Made by a program: the position numbers and the translations under genes | Notes under the pieces: generated by a model | The model's input: the letters and a program-made list of their open reading frames with translations, nothing else | Databases searched by the model: none | What the model was told of the DNA's origin: nothing | Shown here: positions 46,478-56,319 of the stretch, piece by piece | Position numbering within the stretch: position 1 is the first letter of the stretch | Layout of the letters: every line of letters starts with the position of its first letter | NCBI GenBank assembly: GCA_951812395.1 | Contig: CATOSD010000002.1 | Coordinates: 255,049-319,048 of the forward strand | Length of the DNA stretch: 64,000 bases | Direction: 5' to 3' | From: an uncultured Dehalococcoidia bacterium | GTDB taxonomy: Bacteria > Chloroflexota > Dehalococcoidia > Lucifugimonadales > CATOSD01

Positions 46478-47418
46478 TTAATGCTCCTCGACAATTCGGC
46501 TTTACTTGCTACAACCGCCTGACAGGCGAAATCCTTGGCCAGTTCAGACGCAAACTCACTTGGGATTCTGTCGAATACGGATTGAATGTCAGTGTGCGTT
46601 ATGGAATTGAGCCGGTTACGCCAGTCTTCCGCTAACTCTCGGTTCCATCGACAGAGCAGTTGCGCCAGATGTAGGGGGGATGGGGCGCGTCGATGTTTTT
46701 CGTCTATGTACACGCCGCCCCGTCCTCTTCTCAGGTAGTTCAGGACACCACTTGAAGATAGTATTCGCTCGCGCCGCTCGTCCGTCAACTCGCGGCCGAG
46801 CGAAGATGCATGGTCAAATGTAGGCGCGGCACGCATCCATACCTGGCCAGAGGCTACACCATACTTCAACATCCAATTGTCGTGGTGCCTGTCAGTGTTC
46901 CCGACTAGTCCGTCCAAGAAGACGTACGATGCCAGTTCGTCCAATATTTCTTTCAAGCGGTGAACTGCATTGGCGTCGCCCACGGTTTGTATGGCGTCCA
47001 TTACGGTCTTCACATTGTGGTCTCGGTTGCCCCGAACAATGTGGGGATCATAATAGTCGATGGCTATGTCAAGGAATTCGGACCCGTGGAAGTGACTGGT
47101 GAAAGAGTCAGCATCATTGTAGACCTCGTCATCATCGGTCAAAAACGATTGGCAAATGGTGGCTATCTCTCCATCAACCCTCGCCAGTTCGACGCGCGCG
47201 GTGTTGATCTGGAACAGCCTCCCAATTTCTGACGCCACCTTCTCGGCCCAGTGCTCACCGGTGTTCGACCTCGGGAACTTCAGCAGCCACTGCGTGCCAT
47301 CGTCTTCCAGTGACACCCAGAACTTGCGGCGCGCGCCTCTATTCTCAATCTCGCCTCGCGGCATTGCCACCGGAATTACCGGGAAGAATTGGATCGGGTC
47401 TCCGGAACTGCGTCGCAT
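46474..47418 (-). CDS. HipA-like Ser/Thr kinase
   Basis: GARRKFW, LLKFPR, EHWAEKVA, GNTDRHHDNW, PTFDHASSLG. Start placed just downstream of TATAAT at 47431-47436. Confidence 0.85.
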   Translation of the reverse strand: MRRSSGDPIQFFPVIPVAMPRGEIENRGARRKFWVSLEDDGTQWLLKFPRSNTGEHWAEKVASEIGRLFQINTARVELARVDGEIATICQSFLTDDDEVYNDADSFTSHFHGSEFLDIAIDYYDPHIVRGNRDHNVKTVMDAIQTVGDANAVHRLKEILDELASYVFLDGLVGNTDRHHDNWMLKYGVASGQVWMRAAPTFDHASSLGRELTDERRERILSSSGVLNYLRRGRGGVYIDEKHRRAPSPLHLAQLLCRWNRELAEDWRNRLNSITHTDIQSVFDRIPSEFASELAKDFACQAVVASKAELSRSIK

Positions 47419-47470
47419 GCTATCCATACGATTATAGCGTCTTGTGCTGAGACCATCACTCACCTTCTTG

Positions 47471-47499
47471 TTGACGCCCGCCACTGCCGCACATATAAT
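47471..47499 (+). promoter_or_regulatory. Near-consensus sigma70 promoter for CocE
   Basis: TTGACG-17 nt-TATAAT. Confidence 0.75.
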
Positions 47500-47563
47500 C
47501 GCAGCGCCTGTCGCCCCGCAGCCCGATGACCGTCACGCCCAAGCAGCCCGGAGAGTCGCGCGG

Positions 47564-49396
47564 ATGACCCAGCAGTCCCAGCCCGAGTACGAAGTCCAAC
47601 TTCAGAGCGACGTCATGGTCACGCTCCGAGACGGCGTGCGACTCGCCACCGACCTCTACTTTCCCGCAAGAAACGGCAAACCCGTCGAGGGCCCCTTGCC
47701 CGCCGTCATGCAGCGGACGCCCTACAACAAGGAGGCCCAGCGCAATCGCGCCGAGGCGCGTTACTTCGGCAGCCGCGGGTACGTCGTCATCTTCCAGGAC
47801 AACCGCGGCAGGTTCAAGTCCGAAGGCTCCTTCGTCAAGTACCTCGATGATCCCCAGGACGGCTACGACACCCTGGAGTGGATCGGCAACCAGCCCTGGT
47901 CCAACGGCCGCGTCGGCGCCTTCGGCATCTCCTACGGCGCGCACACGCAGGCCGCCATGGCAGCCACCAACCCGCCCAACCTCGCCTGCACCTTCATGGA
48001 CTGCGGCGGCTTCACCAACGCCTACGACAACTCCTGCCGCAACAGCGGCGCCCTGGAGCTGCGCCAGGTATGCTGGGCCTTCACCCACGCCCGCAACAGC
48101 AAGGAAGCGCTCGCCGACCCCACCGTGAAGGCCGCCCTCGAGGCCGAAGACCTGCGCGAGTGGTTCAAGCGAATGCCCTGGAAGAAGGGCCAGTCACCCC
48201 TGCGCTGGGCCCCCGACTACGAGGATTATGTCTTCGACATGTGGACTCAGGCCGACTTCGGCGAGTACTGGCAGCAGATAGGCATCTGTAACGAGCTATA
48301 CTTCGACCAGTACGCCGACATCCCCCAGCTTCACCTCGGTAGCTGGTACGACCCCTACACCCGCACCACCACCCGCAACTACACCGGCCTGTCCCCCATC
48401 AAGAGCGGCCCCATCCGCATGGTCCTGGGCCCCTGGACTCACGGCGCACATGATGTGAGCTACTCCGGCGACGTGGATTTCGGGCCGCGCTCGGTCGTGT
48501 CCGGCAGCCTCGCCGACGACTACAGCCACATGCGGCTCCGCTGGTTCGACCGCTGGCTGAAGGACATGGACAACGGCGTCGAGCGCGACGCCGCCGTCCG
48601 GCTGTTCGTGATGGGCGGGGGCGACGGCCGCAAGAACGCCGACGGCCGGCTCAACCACGGCGGCCGTTGGCGCGACGAACAGGACTGGCCGCTCGCCCGC
48701 GCCCACGACACCCCGTTTTATCTGCACTCCGGCGGCGGCCTGTCGGCCCAGGCGCCCCGCGCCGGCTCGCGGCCCAGCGAGTACCTGTTCGACCCCAACA
48801 ACCCGGTGCCCACCATCGGCGGCAACATCTCCTCCGGCGCCGACATCATGGAAGGCGGCGCGTTCCACCAGCAGGAAGGGCCTCGCTTCTACGGCTCCCG
48901 CGAGCCCTACCTGCCCCTGGCCTCGCGCCACGACGTGCTCACCTTCCAGACGCCGCCGCTCGAGGAGGCCGTGGAGGTGACCGGCCCGGTCGTCGCCAGG
49001 CTCTGGGCCTCATCGTCGTGCGTCGACACCGACTTCACCGCCAAGCTCGTGGACGTGTACCCGCCCAGTCCCGACTATCCCCAGGGCTTCGACATGAACA
49101 TAACCGACGGCGTCATCCGCGCCCGCTACCGCGACTCGTTCGAGCGCGCCGAGTTCATGGAGCCGGGCACGGTGTACGAGTTCACCATCGAGCTGTACCC
49201 GACCAGTAACCTGTTCGCCAAGGGGCACCGCATCCGCGTGGACGTGGCCAGCAGCAACTTCCCCCGGCTGGACGTCAACCCCAACACCGGCGAGCCGCTG
49301 GGCCTCAGCAGACGCACCGAGGTCGCCCGCAACACCGTGTACCACGACGCCGACCGGCCCTCGCACGTAGTGCTGCCGGTCGTGCCGGGGCAGTGA
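47564..49396 (+). CDS. CocE/NonD family hydrolase
   Basis: RDGVRLATDLY, RTPYNK, GISYG nucleophile, GPWTHG, DTDFTAKL, SSNFP. Confidence 0.93.
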   Translation: MTQQSQPEYEVQLQSDVMVTLRDGVRLATDLYFPARNGKPVEGPLPAVMQRTPYNKEAQRNRAEARYFGSRGYVVIFQDNRGRFKSEGSFVKYLDDPQDGYDTLEWIGNQPWSNGRVGAFGISYGAHTQAAMAATNPPNLACTFMDCGGFTNAYDNSCRNSGALELRQVCWAFTHARNSKEALADPTVKAALEAEDLREWFKRMPWKKGQSPLRWAPDYEDYVFDMWTQADFGEYWQQIGICNELYFDQYADIPQLHLGSWYDPYTRTTTRNYTGLSPIKSGPIRMVLGPWTHGAHDVSYSGDVDFGPRSVVSGSLADDYSHMRLRWFDRWLKDMDNGVERDAAVRLFVMGGGDGRKNADGRLNHGGRWRDEQDWPLARAHDTPFYLHSGGGLSAQAPRAGSRPSEYLFDPNNPVPTIGGNISSGADIMEGGAFHQQEGPRFYGSREPYLPLASRHDVLTFQTPPLEEAVEVTGPVVARLWASSSCVDTDFTAKLVDVYPPSPDYPQGFDMNITDGVIRARYRDSFERAEFMEPGTVYEFTIELYPTSNLFAKGHRIRVDVASSNFPRLDVNPNTGEPLGLSRRTEVARNTVYHDADRPSHVVLPVVPGQ

Positions 49397-49408
49397 GCGT
49401 GCGCCACC

Positions 49409-49801
49409 ATGGTTGCTATCGAGCCGCGCTGCCTGTTCGCGGTGTTCGCCGGCGAGTACCGGCCCGGAAACGCCGGATTCGACCTGTTGAACGTCCGCAA
49501 CCACGTCTCCGTGATTACTGCCCATCCGGGCCAAACCGGCGTGAAGCGCCATCGTATGACACTGTTCGTGATGGTCTACGCCGCCGAAGGCGCCCACACC
49601 CTCTCATTCTTCCACGAAGGATTCGAGTACATGAAGCCCGTCGAGTTTGAGATACTACCGCAGCACCGCAACGTTTTCACCCAGGCCGTTACACAGGAGT
49701 TTCCGGTGGCATTCTTCGACGACACCGTCCTGAACGTCTACCCGATACTCCTGGACGGTGAGCCGCTCACCACGGCTTACCTCGTTTCCGACACGCTCTG
49801 A
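49409..49801 (+). CDS. Hypothetical protein
   Basis: 130-aa ORF with host-like codon usage filling the gap between two co-oriented genes. Confidence 0.55.
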   Translation: MVAIEPRCLFAVFAGEYRPGNAGFDLLNVRNHVSVITAHPGQTGVKRHRMTLFVMVYAAEGAHTLSFFHEGFEYMKPVEFEILPQHRNVFTQAVTQEFPVAFFDDTVLNVYPILLDGEPLTTAYLVSDTL

Positions 49802-49833
49802 AGAGCACACAGACACGCTGGAAGGAGAGCCCC

Positions 49834-50889
49834 ATGAAGATCGTCGCCGTACTGTACCCTGGTGGCCCCAATGCGAAGGACACTCCCGAGCTGTTGGGCT
49901 GTGCCGAAAATGCCCTGGGCCTGCGCGAAATGGTGGAGGGCGCAGGCCACGAGTTGGTGGCCATTACCGACCCGGGTGATGAGCTGGACAGCCACCTGCC
50001 GGACACCAACGTAATCATCACCACCCCCTTCTGGCCCACCTACGTCACGAAAGAGAAGATGGACAAGGCCCCCGGCCTCCAGGCCGTCCTCACCGCGGGC
50101 GTAGGCTCCGACCACGTGGACCTCGCCGTCGCCGCCGAGCGCAACATCACCGTCGCCGAGATTACCGGCAGCAACGTCGTCAGCGTCGCCGAGCACGCCG
50201 TCATGCAGATCCTCACCCTCGTGCGCAACTACTTTCCCTCGTACGAAGAGGTCGTTTCCGGCGGCTGGGACATCGGCAAGATAGCCGCCCGCTCCCACGA
50301 CCTCGAGGACAAGACGGTCGGAATCGTCGGCATGGGCCGCATCGGGCAGCGCGTGGCCGCCCGCCTCAAGCCGTTCGACGTCACCATGTACTACTACGAC
50401 CTCATGCACCTCAGCACCGTGGACGAGGCCGCCCTCGGCGCCCGCTACATGAGGCTCGACCCTCTTCTGCGCGCCTGCGACGTGGTCACCATCCACATCT
50501 CGCTCACGCCCCAGACGCGGGGCCTGTTCGATAGGCAGCGCCTGCTCAGCATGAAGAAGGGCGCCTATCTCATAAACACCGCCCGCGGCGCGATCGTGGA
50601 AACGGACGCGCTGGTCGAGATCATGGAGGAGGGCCACCTGGCCGGCTACGCCGGAGACGTCTGGTTCCCGCAGCCCGCGCCATCCGACCACCCCTGGCGC
50701 TCCATGCCAAACCACGCCATGACTCCGCACGTCTCAGGCACCAGCCTCGAGGCGCAGAAGCGCTACTCCGACGGCATCAGCGACTGCCTGCAGCGCTTCT
50801 TCGCCGGCGAGCAGCTCGACCGCGATTACCTCATAGTCGACGGCGGCCGCGTCGTAGGCGCCGCCTACAGCTACGCTTACCAGTCATAG
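49834..50889 (+). CDS. fdh: NAD-dependent formate dehydrogenase
   Basis: TPFWP, AGVGSDH, GSNVVSVAEH, GMGRIG, GDVWFPQPAP, PHVSG. Confidence 0.93.
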   Translation: MKIVAVLYPGGPNAKDTPELLGCAENALGLREMVEGAGHELVAITDPGDELDSHLPDTNVIITTPFWPTYVTKEKMDKAPGLQAVLTAGVGSDHVDLAVAAERNITVAEITGSNVVSVAEHAVMQILTLVRNYFPSYEEVVSGGWDIGKIAARSHDLEDKTVGIVGMGRIGQRVAARLKPFDVTMYYYDLMHLSTVDEAALGARYMRLDPLLRACDVVTIHISLTPQTRGLFDRQRLLSMKKGAYLINTARGAIVETDALVEIMEEGHLAGYAGDVWFPQPAPSDHPWRSMPNHAMTPHVSGTSLEAQKRYSDGISDCLQRFFAGEQLDRDYLIVDGGRVVGAAYSYAYQS

Positions 50890-50902
50890 AGAAAAACGAG
50901 GA

Positions 50903-51029
50903 GCCCCTTCCCCCTCGCAGGGGAAATGTCCCGAGCGCGTTGATCCGTTCCCCCTCGCAGGGGGAAGGTTAGGATGGGGGTGAAGCGCCCCTGGCGCTCA
51001 TCGTCATTCCGAGCGTAGCCGAGGAATCT
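50903..51029 (+). repeat. REP cluster (two family A, one family D)
   Basis: Family A near 50903 and 50947; GTCATTCCGAGCGTAGCCGAGGAATCT at 51003. Confidence 0.85.
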
Positions 51030-51122
51030 AAAACCCTTGCCCGCCGAGCAGGCCGCGCCGGCGGCGGGCAAGGGCAGCACCCCCACACGTGCCACCGCAT
51101 GGTCTAGGAAGGCAGCCGCGGC

Positions 51123-52148
51123 ATGAAATTCCCATGGGCCAACACTCTTCTGCTGGTGCTCATCGCCGCCGAACTCGTCAGCGGCTTCTTCGGCCTCGTG
51201 TCCAGCTCCCCACGCGAGTGGTACTTCATCGTCGCCCACCGCATCAGCGGCTACGGCATTATCGTCATCCTCGTATGGAAGGGCGCAAACGTCCTCTTCT
51301 CGTTGCGCTGGAAGCGGTCCGCCGCCCCCCGCACCGCCTCTGTCGTGCTCATGGCGCTGCTCGCCGTCACCCTCGCCCTGGGATTCGCCTGGTCGTTCGT
51401 CGGCCCGTTCGGCTGGGCTTGGTTCAGCGGCGTAAGTTGGCACATCTACGTCGGCGCGGCGCTCATCCCGCTGCTCGTCTGGCACGCCCTCTACCACACC
51501 CGCGGCTTCCCAATCGGCTTCTGGGCCGACCGCCGCACCTTCCTCAGGCTCGCCGCCCTCGCCGTCGCCGCCACCGCCGCCTGGCAGGCCGGCGAGCTCA
51601 GCGCCAAGGCCGCCGACCTCAGCGGCGCACGACGCAGGTTCACCGGCTCCCACGAGGCGCAGAGCTTCTCCGGCAATTCCTTCCCGCTCACGTCCTGGCT
51701 CAACGACTCCCCGGCCCGCGTAGACCCCGCCGCGTGGCGTCTCACCGTCGGTGGCGCAGTCGAGCGCGAGCTCTCCATCGCCTACGACGATCTCGCCTCC
51801 GAAGCCGAGACCACCGCGACCATCGACTGCACCGGCGGCTGGTACTCCACCCAGGTGTGGCGCGGCGTCCCCGTAGCCGACCTGCTCGCCCGCGCCGGCC
51901 CCACCGGCGCGGCGTCCAGCGTTACCTTCACCTCCGTCACCGGCTACTACCGCCGCTTTTCCATGGCCGAAGCATCCGGCTACATCCTCGCTTCCCACGT
52001 CGGCGACGAAACCCTCTCCCACGGCCACGGCTTCCCGCTGCGCCTCGTCGCCCCCGACAAGCGCGGCTTCGAGTGGGTCAAGTGGATCGTCGACGTCCAC
52101 GTCAACACAACCCCCAAGTGGCTACAGCCCCCACTCCCAACCCAATAA
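51123..52148 (+). CDS. Membrane-bound molybdopterin oxidoreductase (sulfite oxidase/MsrP-like)
   Basis: N-terminal TM helices with His; IDCTGGW, WRGV, HGFPLRLVAP, WVKW. Confidence 0.85.
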   Translation: MKFPWANTLLLVLIAAELVSGFFGLVSSSPREWYFIVAHRISGYGIIVILVWKGANVLFSLRWKRSAAPRTASVVLMALLAVTLALGFAWSFVGPFGWAWFSGVSWHIYVGAALIPLLVWHALYHTRGFPIGFWADRRTFLRLAALAVAATAAWQAGELSAKAADLSGARRRFTGSHEAQSFSGNSFPLTSWLNDSPARVDPAAWRLTVGGAVERELSIAYDDLASEAETTATIDCTGGWYSTQVWRGVPVADLLARAGPTGAASSVTFTSVTGYYRRFSMAEASGYILASHVGDETLSHGHGFPLRLVAPDKRGFEWVKWIVDVHVNTTPKWLQPPLPTQ

Positions 52149-52158
52149 GACAGGAGCA

Positions 52159-52301
52159 TCCCTTCCCCCTCGCAGAGTGAAGATCAGGATGGGGGTGCCA
52201 GAGTCGCCTCTCCCACACGGGGAAGGGGGCTAGGGTGAGGGCGCCTTCCCCCACCGCGCAGTCCCTTCCCCTCCGCAGGGGGAAGGTTAGGATGGGGGTG
52301 C
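52159..52301 (+). repeat. Three tandem REP family A copies
   Basis: Copies near 52159, 52207 and 52261. Confidence 0.85.
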
Positions 52302-52404
52302 GTTACCCCTCCCCAACATCCCCCGCATCCCGATGGAACCTTTCCCCCGCCACCCGCGTATCATCTTGTGAGAGGACTCTCAAACACCTGGCTGGAGGCA
52401 GGCT

Positions 52405-52953
52405 ATGACCGAAGCCGAGGCCATACGGCTCTGCCAGGAAGGCTCTCCGGACGCCTTCCGGCACCTGGTTGAGCAACACAAGAACACGCTCTTCGGCACG
52501 GCGGTGCTCATGACCGGTGACAGGGCGGTCGCGGAAGAACACGTCCAGGAAGCATTCCTGTCCGCGTGGCGAGCCATTCGAGGCTTCAAACGGGACCGCC
52601 CGTTCAAGCCCTGGGTCGTCCGCATCCTGGTCAACCGCATCGTATCCAGCCGCAGGGCGAAAAGGCCGCCGACCGCCCCGCTCGAGGACGCCGAGCGCGT
52701 CACCGGCCCCGCCGACGTATTGGAGTCGGCTATGTCCGCCGAGAGGCGCGACGAAGTCCAGGCCGCGCTCAGCCGCCTCAGCCCGCAGCACCACCAGGTG
52801 GTGGTCCTCCGCTACTTCGCGGAGCTGTCGCTGCGGGAGGTCGCCGAAACGCTGGGAGTCCGGGAAGGAACAGTAAAGTCCAGGCTGAGCCGCGCGCTCG
52901 GCCGCCTACGAGAAGAACTCACCGAAACTTGCGACACGGAGGCGCGGCGATGA
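52405..52953 (+). CDS. ECF sigma factor
   Basis: AEEHVQEAFL, FKPWVVRI, LRYF..LS..EVAETLG...GTVKSRLSRA. Confidence 0.93.
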   Translation: MTEAEAIRLCQEGSPDAFRHLVEQHKNTLFGTAVLMTGDRAVAEEHVQEAFLSAWRAIRGFKRDRPFKPWVVRILVNRIVSSRRAKRPPTAPLEDAERVTGPADVLESAMSAERRDEVQAALSRLSPQHHQVVVLRYFAELSLREVAETLGVREGTVKSRLSRALGRLREELTETCDTEARR

Positions 52954-55070
52954 GCACTAACGATTCGTTCGACCGCGAAATGGAACGCACCCTCAGAGAC
53001 TACTACGCCGCCCGCTCCCGCGAGCTTGAAGCCCCCGCGGACACCTGGGCGCGCCTCGAGCGCCGCCTGGACCGGCCGCGCCGCTTCGACTGGTTTGGAG
53101 GAAACATGTGGAAGATACTAACGGCAGGGGCAGGCACTGTAGCCGCCGCCGTACTCGTAATCGTGGCCATCAACCTGGCCGGCAATCCGTCTGAAAGCGA
53201 CGAAGCCCAGGAAGCGGCCCCGGTCATAGCTCACGTACAGGCCACAGCCGCCGCAGCCCCTGCCTCTGTCCAAGTGACGGAAAACATCTCGCCGCCGCTA
53301 CCACCGGCCCACGCGCAGCCCACTGCGCCGCCTGCCGCCCAGTCCGCGGCCCACGCGCAGCCCACTGCGCCGCCTGCCGCCCAGTCCGCGCCCCCCGCGC
53401 CGGTTGTCGCCCCCACGCCCATGGCGGCGTACGGGCAGCCCACACCGGCCGCGGCCCCCGCACCGCTGCCCACGCCGGCGCCGCAGATCGCTGCGCGCGC
53501 GCAGCCCACCGCGGCGCCCGCTCCGGCGGCTGATGTGTTCCGCGCGACCTCTGAGTCCGCCGCTGCATCGCCGCCCGCGGTCGGCTCGCAGGCAGCCGCC
53601 GAGCCCCCTCCCGCGCCGCCCGTGCGGCCCGGCGCAACCACGTTCGCCGACCTCGCGCGCCAGCCCGCCGTGCTCGCCTCCGAAGACGCCGTTTCCACCT
53701 TCAGCCTGGACGTGGACCGCACGTCCTACTTCCTCGCGCTAGAGTGGGCGCGCGCGGGCTACGGCGTGGAGCCGGACTCGGTCCGAGCCGAAGAGTGGAT
53801 CAACACCTTCGACTATGGCTACCAGCTTCCCTCGGACGAATGGGGATTCGGCGTCGAGACCAGCCTCGTGGAACACCCTCTGGACCCCGGCAAGCTGCTC
53901 GCGCGCGTCGGATTTCAGGCGCCGCACCTGCCCGACGACAGGCCGCTCAACGTGACGCTCGTGCTCGACGCCTCCGGCTCGATGGCGAACGGCAACCGCG
54001 TCGACATCGCGCGCGCCGCCGCCGAGGCAATCCGCCAGAGCCTGCGCCCCGAAGACCGTATCGCGGTCGTGCACTTCACCACGGACGTCCTCCACAACCT
54101 GACGGTCGATCACCGGGTTTCTGACGACACCGCCGTCGCCAACTCTATCGGCTGGCTCGCCCCACACGGAAGCACCAACGTGCAAGCCGGCCTGGACGAG
54201 GGCGTTCGCCTGGCCGACCAGGCTCGCCGCCAGCGCCCCGGCGCTTACAACTACGTCATCCTCATGTCCGATGGCGTCGCCAACGTGGACGCCACAGACC
54301 CGTTCGGCATTCTCGAGACCGCATATGACCGCGACGCCGCGAACACGCTGCGGCTCATAACCATCGGTGTCGGCATCGAAAACTACAACGACTACCTGCT
54401 AGAGCAGCTAGCCCAGCACGGCAATGGCTGGTATCGCTACCTGAACACCGTCGACCAGGCGCAGGCCACCTTCAGCCGCGAGAACTGGCTCGCCCTGTCT
54501 ACGCCCTTCGCCGACCAGACACGCGCCCAGGTCACCTGGGACCCCGCTCTCGTCTACTCGTGGCGCATAGTCGGCTACGAAAACCGCGTCACCCCTGACG
54601 AGACCTTCGCCGAAGACCGCAAGGAGTTCGCCGAGATATACTCCGGCGCCGCCACCACCGTGCTCTACGAGCTGGAGCTCCGAGCCGACGCAAGGCTCCC
54701 CCTTGGCCAGAACGTCGACCTGGGTCGCGTCGAGCTGCGCTGGATCGTGCCCGACACCCAGCAGTCCCGCAGCCAGCGTGCGGACGTGACGGGCAGGGCG
54801 GATGCCGGGTTCGGCGGCGGTACCGACCCGATGCTGCGCCTCGCCGCCATAGTCGGCCTCGCCGCCGACCGCTACAGCGCGCTGACGCAAGTCCCGGCCG
54901 AGGGCCACTACGGCATACGCGACGACCTCGACCGGCTGCGGGAGCACCTCGCCGTCCTGCGCCCCAACCTCGGCCACCTCGACGCATACCACGACTTCGC
55001 CTACCTGCTCGAGCACATCACCGACAGCGTGCAGGCCCGCCCGCCCAAACCCTCCGGCTACAGCAACTAG
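52950..55070 (+). CDS. Putative anti-sigma factor: TM, Pro/Ala linker, YfbK-like vWA domain
   Basis: ATGA overlap with the sigma gene; STFSLDVD, VRAEEWIN, MIDAS DASGS, GSTN, SDG, GYENR. Confidence 0.82.
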   Translation: MSTNDSFDREMERTLRDYYAARSRELEAPADTWARLERRLDRPRRFDWFGGNMWKILTAGAGTVAAAVLVIVAINLAGNPSESDEAQEAAPVIAHVQATAAAAPASVQVTENISPPLPPAHAQPTAPPAAQSAAHAQPTAPPAAQSAPPAPVVAPTPMAAYGQPTPAAAPAPLPTPAPQIAARAQPTAAPAPAADVFRATSESAAASPPAVGSQAAAEPPPAPPVRPGATTFADLARQPAVLASEDAVSTFSLDVDRTSYFLALEWARAGYGVEPDSVRAEEWINTFDYGYQLPSDEWGFGVETSLVEHPLDPGKLLARVGFQAPHLPDDRPLNVTLVLDASGSMANGNRVDIARAAAEAIRQSLRPEDRIAVVHFTTDVLHNLTVDHRVSDDTAVANSIGWLAPHGSTNVQAGLDEGVRLADQARRQRPGAYNYVILMSDGVANVDATDPFGILETAYDRDAANTLRLITIGVGIENYNDYLLEQLAQHGNGWYRYLNTVDQAQATFSRENWLALSTPFADQTRAQVTWDPALVYSWRIVGYENRVTPDETFAEDRKEFAEIYSGAATTVLYELELRADARLPLGQNVDLGRVELRWIVPDTQQSRSQRADVTGRADAGFGGGTDPMLRLAAIVGLAADRYSALTQVPAEGHYGIRDDLDRLREHLAVLRPNLGHLDAYHDFAYLLEHITDSVQARPPKPSGYSN
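53305..53390 (+). repeat. In-frame 42-bp tandem duplication (AHAQPTAPPAAQSA twice)
   Basis: CGGCCCACGCGCAGCCCACTGCGCCGCCTGCCGCCCAGTCCG, repeated. Confidence 0.9.
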
Positions 55071-55091
55071 CAGACCCTTCCTCAGCTGTTA

Positions 55092-55176
55092 TCCCTTCCC
55101 CATCGCTGGGGGAAGGTTAGGATGGGGGAGCCAAAGTCCCCTCTCCCCCGCGGGGGAGAGGGCTAGGGTGAGGGGG
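55092..55176 (+). repeat. Two REP family A copies
   Basis: Copies near 55092 and 55136. Confidence 0.85.
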
Positions 55177-55262
55177 TCGCTCCCCACTCCGCCTTTCGGC
55201 CCCTCCCAATTCGTGTCCTTCGTGGAAAATCCCGAATGGATGGCCCGCGCCCACTCGCCCCC

Positions 55263-56099
55263 CTAAACCCCCAGAAACTCCCGCGTCGCATCGATGAACT
55301 CCTGCGGTTTGTCCACCGTTACCACGTGCCCCGCGTCCGCCACGTCCACCCAGTCGAACGCCGCGCCCACCCGCTTCATCCGCTCCAGCGTCTCGTCCCC
55401 CACCAGACCGCTCTCCGAGCCGCGAACCTCCAGGATAGGGCAGGGGATAGTCTCCACCGCCTTCCAGTACCGGCCCATCAACTCAGGATCCGTCATATCC
55501 GGCAGCGGCCGGTTGAACAGCTCCGGGTCCGCCTTCCAAGTCCACGACCCGTCTGCCCGCTGCTTGGTCTTGTCCTCGATGTCCTTGCGCAGCCGCTCGT
55601 CGCTCGCCCACGCGTTGCCCTCCCGCGCCCACGCCACCGCCTCGTCCAGCGTAGCGAACTCCATCGGCGTGGGCGGTCGGTTTGCCCTCGAGGCCGCCGA
55701 CTCCGGGTTCGGCTCCGGCGCGATGTCCACAATCACGATGCGCTCCACTCTGTCAGGGTTGTCCGCCGTGTACAGCAGCGAGTGCCAGCCGCCCATCGAC
55801 AGCCCCGCCAGCGTGAACTTCGAAAGCCCCAGCGCGTCCACGAACGCCGCCAGGTCCTCCACGAACCTGTCCCGCGCGTAGCCGTCCTCGGCTCGTCCGC
55901 TGCCGCCGTGGCCGCGCTGGTCGACCGCGTAGACGTGGTACGCGGACGATGCCGCTTCAGCAAACTCGTCCCATATGTGCGCCTGCCCCGTGTGGCCGTG
56001 CAGGCACACCAGCGGCGGCTTTCCCTCGCTGCCCCAGTCCAGGTAGCGCAGCTTCACCCCATTCACCAACACGGACTTCTCTTGGTACCTTTTAGTCAT
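55263..56099 (-). CDS. Alpha/beta hydrolase
   Basis: LHG, DQRGHG, GLSMGG, AGH. Confidence 0.92.
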   Translation of the reverse strand: MTKRYQEKSVLVNGVKLRYLDWGSEGKPPLVCLHGHTGQAHIWDEFAEAASSAYHVYAVDQRGHGGSGRAEDGYARDRFVEDLAAFVDALGLSKFTLAGLSMGGWHSLLYTADNPDRVERIVIVDIAPEPNPESAASRANRPPTPMEFATLDEAVAWAREGNAWASDERLRKDIEDKTKQRADGSWTWKADPELFNRPLPDMTDPELMGRYWKAVETIPCPILEVRGSESGLVGDETLERMKRVGAAFDWVDVADAGHVVTVDKPQEFIDATREFLGV

Positions 56100-56173
56100 A
56101 TCTCTCCTCCTTTAAGTTCCTTCTTCCTTGACGGGCTGACAGGTGCGGGTGTAGTGAGAACGCCCTCCGAACT

Positions 56174-56216
56174 GTCCCTTCCCCCCTCGCAAGGGGGAAG
56201 GTTTGGGATGGGGGTG
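56174..56216 (+). repeat. REP family A
   Basis: GTCCCTTCCCCCCTCGCAAGGGGGAAGGTTTGGGATGGGGGTG. Confidence 0.85.
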
Positions 56217-56319
56217 TAACGCCCGCACTCCCCACCCCTCACTATGCTACCGTACCCCCAGAACATGCCAGTCTCGCTTCGAACGCGCCCACGCAACGAC
56301 GGAGGAACACCGCACCCCC

